Source of the DNA: Desulfobacterales bacterium
Lineage (GTDB): Bacteria; Desulfobacterota; Desulfobacteria; Desulfobacterales; UBA5852
NCBI GenBank assembly: GCA_963674755.2
Contig: CAXXVS010000003.1
Span: 1,184,001 to 1,248,000, forward strand
Direction of reading: 5' to 3'
Length of the DNA: 64,000 nt
Positions 48,770-59,489 of the stretch are shown here, in pieces (positions within the stretch are counted from its first letter, which is position 1; each line of letters begins with the position of its first letter). The position numbers and the translations under genes were made by a program. The notes below the pieces were generated by a model. It saw only the letters and a list, made by a program, of their open reading frames with translations. It made no database searches and had not been told where the DNA came from.

Positions 48770-51556
48770 ATGTACATGGTAGCTCTAGGTCAGCACTCGA
48801 ATTTTGGGAAAAGCCGATCGAAGATCGTATATTTCGTTTTGGGTGCCGTCGGGTGGTTTATCGGCAGTGTGATCTCTGAACTTTCGCTTTCCATTTATGG
48901 CCTGGCGCTAGGCCTCATGGCTGCGGAAATCGTCAACCTGCGGAAACAGCTGACGGCTTTGGAAGAGCAGCGACCGGCGATGCCGCCGTCTGCTGAGCCT
49001 TCTCGCGAAAAGGCCACAGCGCGCGTTGCGCCGGACCAGCCCGTTGCCGCCCCGGAGTTCCCCACCACGGAACCGCCGCCTGTGGCAATCGAAACCCTTG
49101 AAGATTCGGAGACGGCGGCCGCGGTTCCCACCGGCCCTACGGCGCCTGTTTCAGATTCCCGGCGTCAGGCGCCCCCCCAACAGCCCTTGCCGTACAAACC
49201 GGAACCCCAGGCAACGCTTTTTACCTACATCGAGTCCTACGTGAAGACCTTTTTTACCACCGGCAATGTGGTTACCAAAATCGGCGTTATCGTGCTCTTC
49301 TTCGGCGTGGCCTTTTTGCTCAAATACGCGGCCCAGCGCAACCTGGTGCCCATTGAGTTCCGTTTGATCGGCGTGTTTGCAGGCGGTCTGGCCCTGCTCG
49401 CCGCCGGCTGGCGTCTGAGGGAACGTCGGACGGTATACGGGCTGCTCCTCCAGGGAGGCGGGGTGGGCGTGCTTTATCTCACCGTCTATGCGGCCGCGCG
49501 GTTTTACCATCTGCTGCCCTACGGCTTGTCTTTTGTGGTCATGTTCGCCCTGGTGGTCTTTTCCAGCCTCCTGGCCGTATTCCAGGAGGCCAAATACCTT
49601 GCCGTATGCAGTATCGTGGGGGGATTTCTGGCCCCGGTATTGATGTCCACCGGCAGCGGCAGCCACGTGGTTCTTTTTTCCTATTACGCCCTGCTCAATT
49701 TGGGGATCGCCGGCATTGCCCGTTACCGCGCCTGGCGGGAACTCAACCTGATCGGGTTTTTGTTTACCTTCGGCATCGCTTCCCTATGGGGAAGCAATTA
49801 CTACCAGCCCCGTTATTTCCAGAGCAGCGAGCCGTTCCTGATCCTCTTTTTTCTTTTTTACGTCGCCATATCGGTTCTGTATGCCCTTCGCCAGCCGCTT
49901 CACCTCAAGGGCTATGTCGACGGCACGCTGGTTTTCGGCGTGCCGATCGTGGCCTTTGGCCTGCAGTATGGTCTTGTGCATGACTTCCCCTATGGACTCG
50001 CCATCAGTACCTTATGCCTCGGTCTTTTTTACTGCGGGCTGGCAACGATCCTGTGGCGCCGGACTAAAAACGACCTGCGCATGCTGACCGAGTCTTTCCT
50101 GGCGCTGGGAATCGTTTTCGGCAGCCTGGCGATGCCCCTGGCCCTGGACGGCCGTTGGACCTCCGCCGCCTGGGCGCTGGAAGGCGCCGCGATCCTCTGG
50201 GTCGGCATTCGCCAGAACCGCCTTCTGCCCCGTATCTTCGGTCTTCTTCTCCAGGTCGGGGCGGCCATTGCCTTTCTGATCGCCGCCTATCAGCCCTCCG
50301 GCCAGATACCCGTCCTCAACAGCATCTGGGTCGGTTGTGCCCTGATCAGCCTGACCAGCCTCTTTTCAAGCTGGTACCTTACCCGGCAAAGTGAAACCCT
50401 GCACCCATGGGAGCGGCAGGTCGCGCTGCCCCTCATGGTATGGGGACTCGTCTGGTGGTTCGGCGCGGCCGTATATGAGATTGACCGTTGCCTGGCCTGG
50501 GGGGACCGTGAAGCCGCCCTGCTGATCCATGCCGCCGCCAGTTTCATCGTGATCGATATGGCCAGCCGACGCCTGGGATGGAAACAATTGTCCTTTCCGG
50601 CCATCGTCCTGCTACCGCTAATGGCGATGGCCTGTCTTTGGCATTTAACCGCGGCCGGCCATCCGTATTTCTTTGCCCGCCTGGGATCCCTGGCCTGGAT
50701 CCTTGTGTTTGGGGCCCACTACCGCCTGCTCTTCAATTGTGAAAAAATCTGGCCCGAAAAGGTCGTGCCCCTCTGGCATCAAGGCGCCCTCTGGCTCCTG
50801 ATCCTGATTCTCACGTCGGAAAGCGCTTACGGCGTCGATCGGTTGGTTGCGGCGGGATCCGCTTGGTCCTATTGTGCCTGGGGGGTTGTGCCGGGCTCGA
50901 TGGTGCTCGCCCTGCTGGCGCGTGGCGATCGCCTTCGCTGGCCGGTGGAACGTTTCCATGACGCTTATTTCAGAATCGGTGCCGCCCTGCCGGTGGCTTA
51001 CCTGTTTATCTGGGCCGTCGCGGCCAACCTCTACCACGGCAACCCGTCCCCCTTGCCATTTGTGCCCCTTTTAAACCCCATCGCACTGACCCAGATTTAC
51101 CTGCTCCAGATTGCCCTGTTGTGGATCGGCAACCAGGCCGAGTGGCTTCACCGGCCGGAGCGCAACATCGACAGCAGCGTTTTTAAAATGATGGTCTGGG
51201 GGGCCGGATTCCTGCTGCTCAACGCTACGGTGGCCCGCACGATCCATCACTGGGGGCACGTTCCTTATACATTTGCCGGCCTGTATCGATCGGTTCTCTT
51301 CCAGGCGGCCATTTCGATTCTGTGGGGTGTGATCGCCCTGGCGGCGACCTTCGGCGCCACTAAAAAGCGCAGCCGCCGGGGCTGGATCGCCGGCGCCACG
51401 ATTCTGTCCCTGGTGGTGATCAAGCTTTTCTTTGTCGATCTGGCCGGTACCGGCACCGTGGCCCGGATCGTGTCGTTTATCGGCGTGGGCTCACTCATGC
51501 TGCTGATGGGCTATCTTTCACCTCTGCCACCCTCTCGCAGCGGGGAAACCGAATGA
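48770..51556 (+). CDS. DUF2339 large polytopic membrane protein
   Basis: Pro-rich linker, GN..TKIG...LFFGVAFLLKY, LQGGG, GGFLAP, WALEG, RIVSFIGVG; start uncertain. Confidence 0.88.
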   Translation: MYMVALGQHSNFGKSRSKIVYFVLGAVGWFIGSVISELSLSIYGLALGLMAAEIVNLRKQLTALEEQRPAMPPSAEPSREKATARVAPDQPVAAPEFPTTEPPPVAIETLEDSETAAAVPTGPTAPVSDSRRQAPPQQPLPYKPEPQATLFTYIESYVKTFFTTGNVVTKIGVIVLFFGVAFLLKYAAQRNLVPIEFRLIGVFAGGLALLAAGWRLRERRTVYGLLLQGGGVGVLYLTVYAAARFYHLLPYGLSFVVMFALVVFSSLLAVFQEAKYLAVCSIVGGFLAPVLMSTGSGSHVVLFSYYALLNLGIAGIARYRAWRELNLIGFLFTFGIASLWGSNYYQPRYFQSSEPFLILFFLFYVAISVLYALRQPLHLKGYVDGTLVFGVPIVAFGLQYGLVHDFPYGLAISTLCLGLFYCGLATILWRRTKNDLRMLTESFLALGIVFGSLAMPLALDGRWTSAAWALEGAAILWVGIRQNRLLPRIFGLLLQVGAAIAFLIAAYQPSGQIPVLNSIWVGCALISLTSLFSSWYLTRQSETLHPWERQVALPLMVWGLVWWFGAAVYEIDRCLAWGDREAALLIHAAASFIVIDMASRRLGWKQLSFPAIVLLPLMAMACLWHLTAAGHPYFFARLGSLAWILVFGAHYRLLFNCEKIWPEKVVPLWHQGALWLLILILTSESAYGVDRLVAAGSAWSYCAWGVVPGSMVLALLARGDRLRWPVERFHDAYFRIGAALPVAYLFIWAVAANLYHGNPSPLPFVPLLNPIALTQIYLLQIALLWIGNQAEWLHRPERNIDSSVFKMMVWGAGFLLLNATVARTIHHWGHVPYTFAGLYRSVLFQAAISILWGVIALAATFGATKKRSRRGWIAGATILSLVVIKLFFVDLAGTGTVARIVSFIGVGSLMLLMGYLSPLPPSRSGETE

Positions 51557-52941
51557 GATATCTGCTCCTGCTTACCGCACTGCTTGTGTTGCCGCCAGTC
51601 ACAGCGGCGGCGGTCCAGCCCGATGATTTCGCCTACGGACGGCCCCTGTCCCTTGCGTCGAAAGGGGCGGTCTATCGCCTGAATGTCCCCCGGGATATTT
51701 ATGCCACCGTAACGCAGGGTGATCTGGGGGATATCCGGATTTTCAACAAGGCCGGGACGGTCGTGCCGCATGTCCTGCGGCGCCCTCAAAAACCACAAGA
51801 ACAACTGATGATTTCTATCATTCTGCCATTTTTTCCTCTCTATCGCCAGGATGCGCGGACAGGACAGGACGGGTTATCGGTGCGGGTCGAGAAAGGTGTG
51901 GACGGCGCCGTCATCGATGTGCAGTCCGAGGGCAAGCAGGGGGGCGATGAACAGGAACTGACCGGCTATATCATTGACGCCAGCAAGCACACATCCCGCA
52001 TCGACGAGCTCGATATCGCCTGGGAGGCGGAAAAGACGAACAACGTTGCAACAGTCTCCCTGGCCTACAGTCATGACCTGACTCACTGGACCCCTCTGGT
52101 TCCCCAGGCGACTCTGGCCCGGATGCAGTTCGGCGGCCATCATATCAGCAAAACAAAAATCCCTTTGCAGGTTCAGGGAGGCGGCTATCTCCGCTTGTCA
52201 TGGCCAACCCCTCAAAACCGGATCACGGTCCAAAAGATTACGGCCATAAGAAACCGTACGAAGCCCGGCCCGGCAAGATCATGGGCCCTGTTTCCGGGCG
52301 CACCCGGCCCCGACAATAAAAAATCGGGCGCGCAGGCATTTGAATACGACAGCGCCGCCCATTTGCCCGTGGACCGCCTGCGGCTCGGCTTCGATGATCA
52401 AAACATACTGGTTCAAGCCAGGGTCTATTCCCGATCACATCCCGATGCAAATTGGGTGATTCGTCAAAGCGGGCTTATTTACGACCTTCGTTTTGAAGCG
52501 GAGACGCGCATCCGGAATACGCTCTCCTTCGGGTGCACGCCGGACCGCTACTGGCGGGTGGAAATCGAGAAGGGAAGCGGCGGCGGTTGGGGCGATCCTC
52601 CCAGGGTCGAGCTGGGCTGGCGGCCCGATGAACTGCTCTTTGTCGCCCGTGGCGGTGGGCCGTTCATGCTGGCCTATGGTTCGGCCCGGCTGGAAGGGGA
52701 AGGGCGGGACAGCGGTTCGTCCGACCTGTTGACCCACGTTTTGGGGTCCGATGAAGAATTCCTGATCAAAGAAGCTGGGCTCATGCCGCAAATCGTACTC
52801 GGCGGCCCTGATCGGCTGACACCTATACCACCTCCGCTGCCCTGGCGGCAGTGGCTGCTGTGGGCCGTACTGGTTATCGGCGTTGGCCTTGTGGCCTGGA
52901 TGGCCATCGTCCTGGGGAAGGGGATGCGCAAGGAGACCTAA
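51553..52941 (+). CDS. DUF3999-like exported protein with C-terminal TM anchor
   Basis: Signal peptide, DLGDIRIFN..G..VP, LLFVARG.GPF.LAYG, WLLWAVLV; ATGA overlap with DUF2339. Confidence 0.8.
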   Translation: MRYLLLLTALLVLPPVTAAAVQPDDFAYGRPLSLASKGAVYRLNVPRDIYATVTQGDLGDIRIFNKAGTVVPHVLRRPQKPQEQLMISIILPFFPLYRQDARTGQDGLSVRVEKGVDGAVIDVQSEGKQGGDEQELTGYIIDASKHTSRIDELDIAWEAEKTNNVATVSLAYSHDLTHWTPLVPQATLARMQFGGHHISKTKIPLQVQGGGYLRLSWPTPQNRITVQKITAIRNRTKPGPARSWALFPGAPGPDNKKSGAQAFEYDSAAHLPVDRLRLGFDDQNILVQARVYSRSHPDANWVIRQSGLIYDLRFEAETRIRNTLSFGCTPDRYWRVEIEKGSGGGWGDPPRVELGWRPDELLFVARGGGPFMLAYGSARLEGEGRDSGSSDLLTHVLGSDEEFLIKEAGLMPQIVLGGPDRLTPIPPPLPWRQWLLWAVLVIGVGLVAWMAIVLGKGMRKET

Positions 52942-52999
52942 TGGCCTGTCAACGGGTAAGGGTGAAAACCGAAATCGACCCTGACAACTCCGTTGCGGC

Positions 53000-55252
53000 C
53001 TAGAACCGCCAGCTCAGGAACGCGGAAAACATGTGGCTCTGTTCCGAGCTGCTCATCTCACCGTCATATTCCAGATTGAAGGTGTAGTTGTCTTTGACAA
53101 AGGCGACACCGGCCTCACAGGTGAAGTGGGTGTCGTCGTTGTCCGTGGTCACCCGGGCCGAAGTGGTGGGAAGGTACTGGCGGACGGTAATATCGTTGGA
53201 GGACAGGCTCTGGCGCACGCCAACCCCGAGATAGGGGGAAATCTTCTTATTCTGCTGCTGATAGTGCCCGAAAGCCAGCAAAGAGGCAGTCCCTTCGCAA
53301 AAGACCTTGTCCAGGTCATTGTAGGACACGGCATTCACCGCGTTTTTTTCAGAAAAGGATTCGCGGTGCAGCCATGTGGCGGAAAGTCCGGCCCTGGGCG
53401 TAAGGTCCCAGTTGTCCGAAACATTCCATTCATAAGCGCCGGTGAGCTGGTTGCGCAAAAGGTTGCTCGCGTAGTCGGCATCGGCGGTTTCATTCAGGCC
53501 GGCGTTGCGCTCATAGGTATTGCTCACCCGCGAATAGGTAAGGCTGTCCGTCACACGCCACGGGCCGGTACGATATCCCACATAGGGTCCCACGGTAAAC
53601 ATGACCTGGCGTTCCCGATCATCTCTATAGAAGACATCCCCTGTGAAGTCCACGGTGGTGTGGCCCACCCCGGCCATTACACCCACCAACCAGTTCCTGC
53701 TGACGAGGGTGTCCATCCCGGCGATCATTTCAATGAAATCCGCATCGTACCCTTCGGAGCTCCCGGCGTCTCGCTGGGACCTGCCGGCCACGGGGCGCAA
53801 GAAAAAGTATTTACCGGGATCGTCCAGGCGGAGGAGTCCCGTGATGTCTTCGGTGCTGGCCAGCATCTGCCGCTTTTCCCGGGAGGGAACGCCCGTGTCG
53901 GCGAGGCGCGAGGTGGCGCGCTTCATAGCGGTCTGCGCGAACCTGCCCGTGGCGGCAAGGTTATTCATGGCACCCAAGGAGCTTGTGTCCGCCTGCGGGG
54001 TGAACGCCGTGGATACGGTGATGGCGCTGGTCGAGGACGTGGTGTCGGTGATAGTGAAGTTGGGGTTCTGGTCCGTGATCAAGGTGTATCCGTCGATGAC
54101 GCCGGAAGTGGATACCAGGGTGCTGGTGGTGGCGGCGCCCGCGGCCGTGCTGTACACGACGATGCTGCCGCTCAGGTTCGGGCTGTTGGCGCTGGTGACG
54201 CTGGCCGTGCCCTGTCCGGAGGCGTAAACGCCCAAGGTGGCCCCGGAGGCGAGGGCCAGATCACCGGTGGCGTAGCTGATGCCCCGGGCCACGCGAAACG
54301 TGCCCGCTTGAATATCCGTGCCGCCGACGACACCCGAGGCCACGTCCTTGGTGATGGTCCAGAGCCCGGAACCGGTCTTGTGCAGGGTTCCCCAGGCGCC
54401 GGTGATGGTAAAGTCCACCGTGCCTTCGTTGTCCAGGTAGAGGTTGTTGTTGATGGACGAACTATAAACCTCTCCGGACAGAATATGGGTTCCAGGCAGC
54501 AGGTGCACGTCGCTGTAGTTGTTTGCATAAATGGCGTATGCGGTGCCGCCGCCCAAGGCTGTGGCGGATATTGTGCCGGAGTTGCGAAATGTCACGCGTT
54601 CGGTGCCGTACCCGTTGGCGTAAACGGCCTGGGCGTCACTATTGGCACCGTGGGTGACGGCGGCGACCGTACCGGAGTTCGCGGTTGCAATGTTTACGCC
54701 GGACGCCATGAAGGCCCGGACCATGCTGCCGTCGCCATATGAGGTGACGGTGACCGTGCCGGAATTGGTCAGCATGAGGTTATCGTTAAGTCCATCAACA
54801 CCCTGGGTACGGGAATGATCGCCATACGAGGTGACGGTGACAGTTCCCTGGTTGATGATCGCCTTAGCCGATGCCTCCGAATGCATTCCTCTTGGACCGA
54901 GAAAATCGCCATAGGCGGTGACGTTGATATCGCCCCGGTTGATCAACACGCCCGTGGCGTCGACGTGCATGCCATATATGTATATGGTTGAGCTGTCGTT
55001 GTTGGTCGCGGTCAGAGAGATGGACCCCTGGTTGGTGACGGTGTTGGATCCGGTGACATTGATGCCGCCGAAAAAATTGCCTGCCGAAGAACCACTGGGC
55101 CGGACCCAGGTTCCGGTGAGGGTGTCGGTAAATACCAGGTCGTCTGAGGTGGACAGGGCGTAGCCGCCTTCGCCCGAATAGGTGATGTCCGCCGCATGGA
55201 TTCGGTGCGGGAGCAGAACCGTGAGTGAACAGAAAAGCAGGATCGGCAGCAT
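53000..55252 (-). CDS. Autotransporter (type Va) with repetitive beta-helical passenger
   Basis: Signal peptide, NxGTVTVTxYGD repeats, LHKTGSG.W.I passenger repeat, beta-barrel ending LSWRF; start uncertain (55252-55378). Confidence 0.85.
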   Translation of the reverse strand: MLPILLFCSLTVLLPHRIHAADITYSGEGGYALSTSDDLVFTDTLTGTWVRPSGSSAGNFFGGINVTGSNTVTNQGSISLTATNNDSSTIYIYGMHVDATGVLINRGDINVTAYGDFLGPRGMHSEASAKAIINQGTVTVTSYGDHSRTQGVDGLNDNLMLTNSGTVTVTSYGDGSMVRAFMASGVNIATANSGTVAAVTHGANSDAQAVYANGYGTERVTFRNSGTISATALGGGTAYAIYANNYSDVHLLPGTHILSGEVYSSSINNNLYLDNEGTVDFTITGAWGTLHKTGSGLWTITKDVASGVVGGTDIQAGTFRVARGISYATGDLALASGATLGVYASGQGTASVTSANSPNLSGSIVVYSTAAGAATTSTLVSTSGVIDGYTLITDQNPNFTITDTTSSTSAITVSTAFTPQADTSSLGAMNNLAATGRFAQTAMKRATSRLADTGVPSREKRQMLASTEDITGLLRLDDPGKYFFLRPVAGRSQRDAGSSEGYDADFIEMIAGMDTLVSRNWLVGVMAGVGHTTVDFTGDVFYRDDRERQVMFTVGPYVGYRTGPWRVTDSLTYSRVSNTYERNAGLNETADADYASNLLRNQLTGAYEWNVSDNWDLTPRAGLSATWLHRESFSEKNAVNAVSYNDLDKVFCEGTASLLAFGHYQQQNKKISPYLGVGVRQSLSSNDITVRQYLPTTSARVTTDNDDTHFTCEAGVAFVKDNYTFNLEYDGEMSSSEQSHMFSAFLSWRF

Positions 55253-55979
55253 GGCCCGTTGCCGAGCCCATGCCTCTGAGAACATGAGAACCGGGATGCC
55301 CTTCAATAAAAGGGCATGATGAAGAGAAAGAGCGCTTGGCAGTCTGCTTTTTGCAAGGAGAGATATTTGAAAATACACGTTTACCCCCGGTTTTTATGAA
55401 TGCCGTCGATTTCGAACACCAAACGAAGCCAAACATTTATGATGGATTTTGCGCAAAGTCAATATATATAACAATATCAATATGATATATGCTATTGCGC
55501 TATCGTAGTGGGCATCGAAGAGAATGCAGGTGGGAGATTGGAGGGCGAGATCCGCGACCCATGATTCGAAGGCATCGGCAAACTTCGTATAGGTCGAGGC
55601 ACAACGGGCGGCAGCAATGATTAGAGGATTGGAGAAGCTGAAAGCAATGCTCATTCTCGGAGCATCCGGCCCTGAAACAAGTGCGCCGCGGATCTCGTTA
55701 ACTGGCCTTTTTGATATGATACATGACTCGTAATGTCAATATTTACTTTTAATATCAAATAGACGGGATGGTTGGCATTGGCTTTCTGGATAGGGGCGAC
55801 CCATTTGCAAAGATTTTTTCGATGCATCGCCGGGCGTTCCAAGGCCCTGAACGGATAACCTCCAATTGTTCGAGACGGTTTTGTGATTTCGCCTGGATCA
55901 GAGAAGAAGCAATGAGCGGCTTTTCTAAACCACACAATTGATGAATGTCGGCCAGACCACGCCAAAGATTGGTCCTGCG

Positions 55980-56222
55980 CTAGAGACCGCTCCAGGGATC
56001 ATCTCGGAGTAGACCTGCGAATCGTGGGGAACGATGACTCGCCGCGGGCCTGATGCGTTCTCCGGCGGCGATCAGGATGTCGGCCAGTCGCAGCCGGGCC
56101 GCTTGGAGCGCCCGCCGTCGGTTGCGGCGGGACAGGCGGCTAAGGCCGAGGCCGGCCGCCTCGCGGTCCAGATCCTTCAGTCGTTCAGCATTCAACCGCT
56201 GCATCGTGTAAGGATCGATCAT
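55980..56222 (-). CDS. Small basic hypothetical protein
   Basis: AAGGAG RBS; R..L..EA...RLRLA..LI..GERI pattern; overlaps the end of DUF2917. Confidence 0.6.
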   Translation of the reverse strand: MIDPYTMQRLNAERLKDLDREAAGLGLSRLSRRNRRRALQAARLRLADILIAAGERIRPAASHRSPRFAGLLRDDPWSGL

Positions 56223-56487
56223 GCTGCTTCTCCTTTCCATGCACCGCCGGGGCCAAGGGGCGGATCCGGACCACGGATGGTGCGAAGGCCTGAACGCAGA
56301 TGCTGCCTTTGGAACGCAGCATGACCTGCTGGCCCTCCTGGACAATGCGATCGCCGCATACCCCATCGGTAATCCAAAGCAGGCCGCTCAGGCAGGTGAT
56401 TTCCAGTTGCCGGCCTTTCAGGGTCAGGACCTGGTTGTCGGTCATCGCAATGCGCTGTGGCCGGCAAAACATGGATAGGCTGGACAT
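56185..56487 (-). CDS. DUF2917 domain protein
   Basis: ITCLSGLLWIT..G..DRIVQEGQ motif; AAGGA RBS; divergent from a MocR regulator. Confidence 0.75.
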   Translation of the reverse strand: MSSLSMFCRPQRIAMTDNQVLTLKGRQLEITCLSGLLWITDGVCGDRIVQEGQQVMLRSKGSICVQAFAPSVVRIRPLAPAVHGKEKQHDRSLHDAAVEC

Positions 56488-56602
56488 GACCGTCGTTCCT
56501 TTCGAAAAGGTTCTCCGTTATTAAGGACAAAATAGATCGGGAACGGCGGAACCGGTAGCAGCAGCCCGCGAAAAGCCGATGGGCACACTTCATTTTTTCA
56601 GG

Positions 56603-56634
56603 CAACTGTACCCGTCGATTTGACGGCCAACTGT
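56603..56634. promoter_or_regulatory. Candidate MocR operator (CAACTGT direct repeat)
   Basis: CAACTGT at 56603 and 56628, flanking CCGTC-N5-GACGG, in the divergent intergenic region. Confidence 0.5.
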
Positions 56635-56903
56635 GTATTTTATTAATTTTCGCGTTAGGATATGGATGCGATAAGGCACGGGTCTCCCGGAAACCGGGAT
56701 GGCATCAGCCGTTATATAATGCCCATCCAGAGATGGTAGATTTCGGTTCCGGCCAAGGCCGCAGTGATTTGGAAACGGACGGCGTAGCCGTATGAGCGAC
56801 AGCGTTGCGTAGCCCGGCTACGTCGAGGATTTCCAAAGAGCGAGAACGCAGGCCGGGGTCGAAAGATGCCTTCTATGGATGGACATTATCCAGGGAGACG
56901 GAC

Positions 56904-58364
56904 ATGCATGCTAAAACCACCCTCTATAAACAGGTTTCCCAGCGTATCAGCCATTTGATCGAAAACGGCGTGCTCAAGGAAGGGGACCGCCTGCCCTCCT
57001 TGCGCCGGCTGAGCGAAGAGATGCAGGTCAGTATCAATACCGTCAAAGAGGCTTATTGGCGGCTGGAAAATCAGAATCGAATCACGGCCGTGCCGCAATC
57101 CGGCTATTATGTCCGCAAACAACCGCAGCTCAGCTCGGCCCATTGCCCAGTGGACCCCACAAAACTGGACCCCCAGGAGATCACCCTTTGCCAGATCTTC
57201 GGCGCTTTTCAGGACGTGGGGCAGTCCACCCCGGAAATCCGTCTGGCGGTGGCCCACATGGATCCGGCCTTTTGGCCGGCCAAGACCCTGGGCCGCTACT
57301 TCCAGGAAGCCGCCCGCCACCAGCCGGAGGAAGCCTTTACCTATCGCATCGCACCGGGCAGCCGGGCGCTGCGCGAGCAAATCGCCCACCAGAGTATCGC
57401 CTGCGGTCTGGATATCGCGCCCGATGATGTCGTCATCACCAATGGGTGTCAGGAGGCCCTCTTTCTGGCCCTGATGACGATTTGCGAGCCCGGCGACACG
57501 GTGGTCCTGGAAAGTCCGATCTATTTCAGCCTGATTGATCTGCTGCGGCAGCTCAAGCTGAAAATCATCGAGATTCCGACGACCGACGACGAAGGCATCT
57601 CCCTGGAGACGCTGCGCTTCGTCCTGGACAACCACCCGGTCAAAGCCATGTTTTCCATCCCCAATTTCAACAACCCCATGGGCTTCACCATGCCGTCCTG
57701 GAAGAAAAAGAAGCTGGTGCAGCTCCTGGCGCAGCGCCGCATTCCCTTGATCGAAGATGATATCTACGGTGATCTGTGTTTTGGATCGCGCCCCGAACCG
57801 TGCAAAGTCTACGATAAGCGAGGCGAGGTGATCATGTGCTCGTCTTTTTCCAAAACCATCACCCCGGGACTGCGGGTTGGCTGGATGCTGCCGGGAAAGT
57901 ATGCCGCCCAGGTCAACCGGCTCAAAACGCTCATCAACCTTTCCAATGCCCCCATCAACCAGATGGTCGTGGCGCGCTTTTTAAAGGAGGGCGGCTACCG
58001 ACAGCACATGCGCCGGGTGCGCCGGCAACTCCACGTTCAAGTGGAGGCGTTGCGCGCGGCGATATTGAAATATTTCCCTGCCGGAACGAACGTCACCCGT
58101 CCGGACGGCGGCCTTTTCGTCTGGATCGAACTGCCGGAGGCCTTCGACACCGATCTTCTCTACCGCCGGGCGGTCCGGTCCGGCATCATGTTCGCCCCCG
58201 GCACCCTCTTTTCCTTTCACAATCGCTACAACCACCACCTGCGCCTGAGTTCCGGGACATGGAACGACCGGGTGGAAAAAGCCATCGCCCATCTGGGGCA
58301 CCTGTGCGTCCGAATGCGGCCCGATCGAACCGATGACAAGGACCGTCAGTTCGCAGTCGGTTAG
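56904..58364 (+). CDS. MocR/GabR family PLP-dependent transcriptional regulator
   Basis: GntR wHTH (GDRLPSLR...VSINTV..AY) plus aminotransferase-like domain (IEDDIYGDL, SSFSKT..PGLRVGW). Confidence 0.93.
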   Translation: MHAKTTLYKQVSQRISHLIENGVLKEGDRLPSLRRLSEEMQVSINTVKEAYWRLENQNRITAVPQSGYYVRKQPQLSSAHCPVDPTKLDPQEITLCQIFGAFQDVGQSTPEIRLAVAHMDPAFWPAKTLGRYFQEAARHQPEEAFTYRIAPGSRALREQIAHQSIACGLDIAPDDVVITNGCQEALFLALMTICEPGDTVVLESPIYFSLIDLLRQLKLKIIEIPTTDDEGISLETLRFVLDNHPVKAMFSIPNFNNPMGFTMPSWKKKKLVQLLAQRRIPLIEDDIYGDLCFGSRPEPCKVYDKRGEVIMCSSFSKTITPGLRVGWMLPGKYAAQVNRLKTLINLSNAPINQMVVARFLKEGGYRQHMRRVRRQLHVQVEALRAAILKYFPAGTNVTRPDGGLFVWIELPEAFDTDLLYRRAVRSGIMFAPGTLFSFHNRYNHHLRLSSGTWNDRVEKAIAHLGHLCVRMRPDRTDDKDRQFAVG

Positions 58365-58478
58365 CCGTCGCAATACGCCCGTCCTCAGATAAGAAACACC
58401 GGGTGGTTTCGCTAAGCCATGCGACAGATGAATATCGTCGAAACGACCGAATGGTTTCGGCCGCGCTAGGGTGTCGCC

Positions 58479-59453
58479 TCACACTCGGGTAAACCCGTAT
58501 GTGGCTGTGCGCTTATCCCCGCTTTTTTTAAGGCGCCCCGTTTGAACGCCGAGCTGGAGATCGCGGCTGGCGGTGGCGGTGGAGATGGTTTTGAAAATGG
58601 AAAGATAGTCTTTGCGTGTGAAGGATTGACGGCTGAAAGTGCTTTGGGCCAGTTCAAGCCTGGCCGCGGCATCGAGGGAGACGGGTCCGGTTTGGCTGAT
58701 TAATTCGTCTAACGCTTCACTGATCAGCGCCAGCATCAGGGCCACAAAACCCGTGCAGTCGCCGGTATCGTCGCCAGCCGCCAGTTCACGGTAGTAGTCC
58801 TGCTGGTGGTTTTTAATGTAGGCTTCAACGGGTAGAAATTCGAAAATCGAGTGATAGCGCATCAGAATCAGGGTTTGCCAAAGCCGGCCCATACGCCCGT
58901 TGCCGTCCATAAAGGGATGAATGCATTCCAACTGGTAATGGAAGCGGCAGGATTGAACCAGCAGGTGGTCGTTTGTCGTTCCGAGGTAATCGAAAAGGGC
59001 TTGGGCCATGGGCGCCACCTCCGGCCACGGGGGCGCTTCATGAAACCGATCGCCCGGGCGGAGCACCCCGATCGGCCCTTTTCGAAATGCGCCGGCCGAC
59101 GGGATCAAGCCTTGCATCATGATCCGGTGGGCCCTTAAAAGCGAATCCAGGGAACCTGGATCGAATTTGTCCAACTGGTCATAAACGGCAATGGCATTCC
59201 GGACTTCGAGGATATCCTGGCTGGGACCGATGACGCGTTTGCGATCGATCAATGCGGTTACCTGATCGTGCGTAAGGGAATTGCCTTCGATGGACAGGGA
59301 GGCCTGGATGGTCTGGATGCGTTTTTCCCGGCGTAGTTTTGGCGTGGGCCGTTGAAGATTGATTCCCTCCAATTGGCCAATCCGTTTGGCGATATCCGTC
59401 AAGCGGTGAATCACATCGGCGGTTGCGCGGTAAGGGGCTAATGGTTGTTTCAT
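58479..59453 (-). CDS. Fic domain protein (class II) with C-terminal HTH
   Basis: HPFMDGNGRMGR catalytic motif, N-terminal inhibitory SLSIEGN, C-terminal TASRDL helix. Confidence 0.92.
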   Translation of the reverse strand: MKQPLAPYRATADVIHRLTDIAKRIGQLEGINLQRPTPKLRREKRIQTIQASLSIEGNSLTHDQVTALIDRKRVIGPSQDILEVRNAIAVYDQLDKFDPGSLDSLLRAHRIMMQGLIPSAGAFRKGPIGVLRPGDRFHEAPPWPEVAPMAQALFDYLGTTNDHLLVQSCRFHYQLECIHPFMDGNGRMGRLWQTLILMRYHSIFEFLPVEAYIKNHQQDYYRELAAGDDTGDCTGFVALMLALISEALDELISQTGPVSLDAAARLELAQSTFSRQSFTRKDYLSIFKTISTATASRDLQLGVQTGRLKKSGDKRTATYGFTRV

Positions 59454-59459
59454 TTTAGA

Positions 59460-59489
59460 GATAGTATCATACGATACTATCATGGTCAA
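59460..59489 (-). promoter_or_regulatory. Sigma-70 promoter with overlapping palindromic operator upstream of fic
   Basis: TTGACC-N17-TACTAT-N7-ATG; perfect inverted repeat GATAGTATC-ATAC-GATACTATC (59460-59481). Confidence 0.75.
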
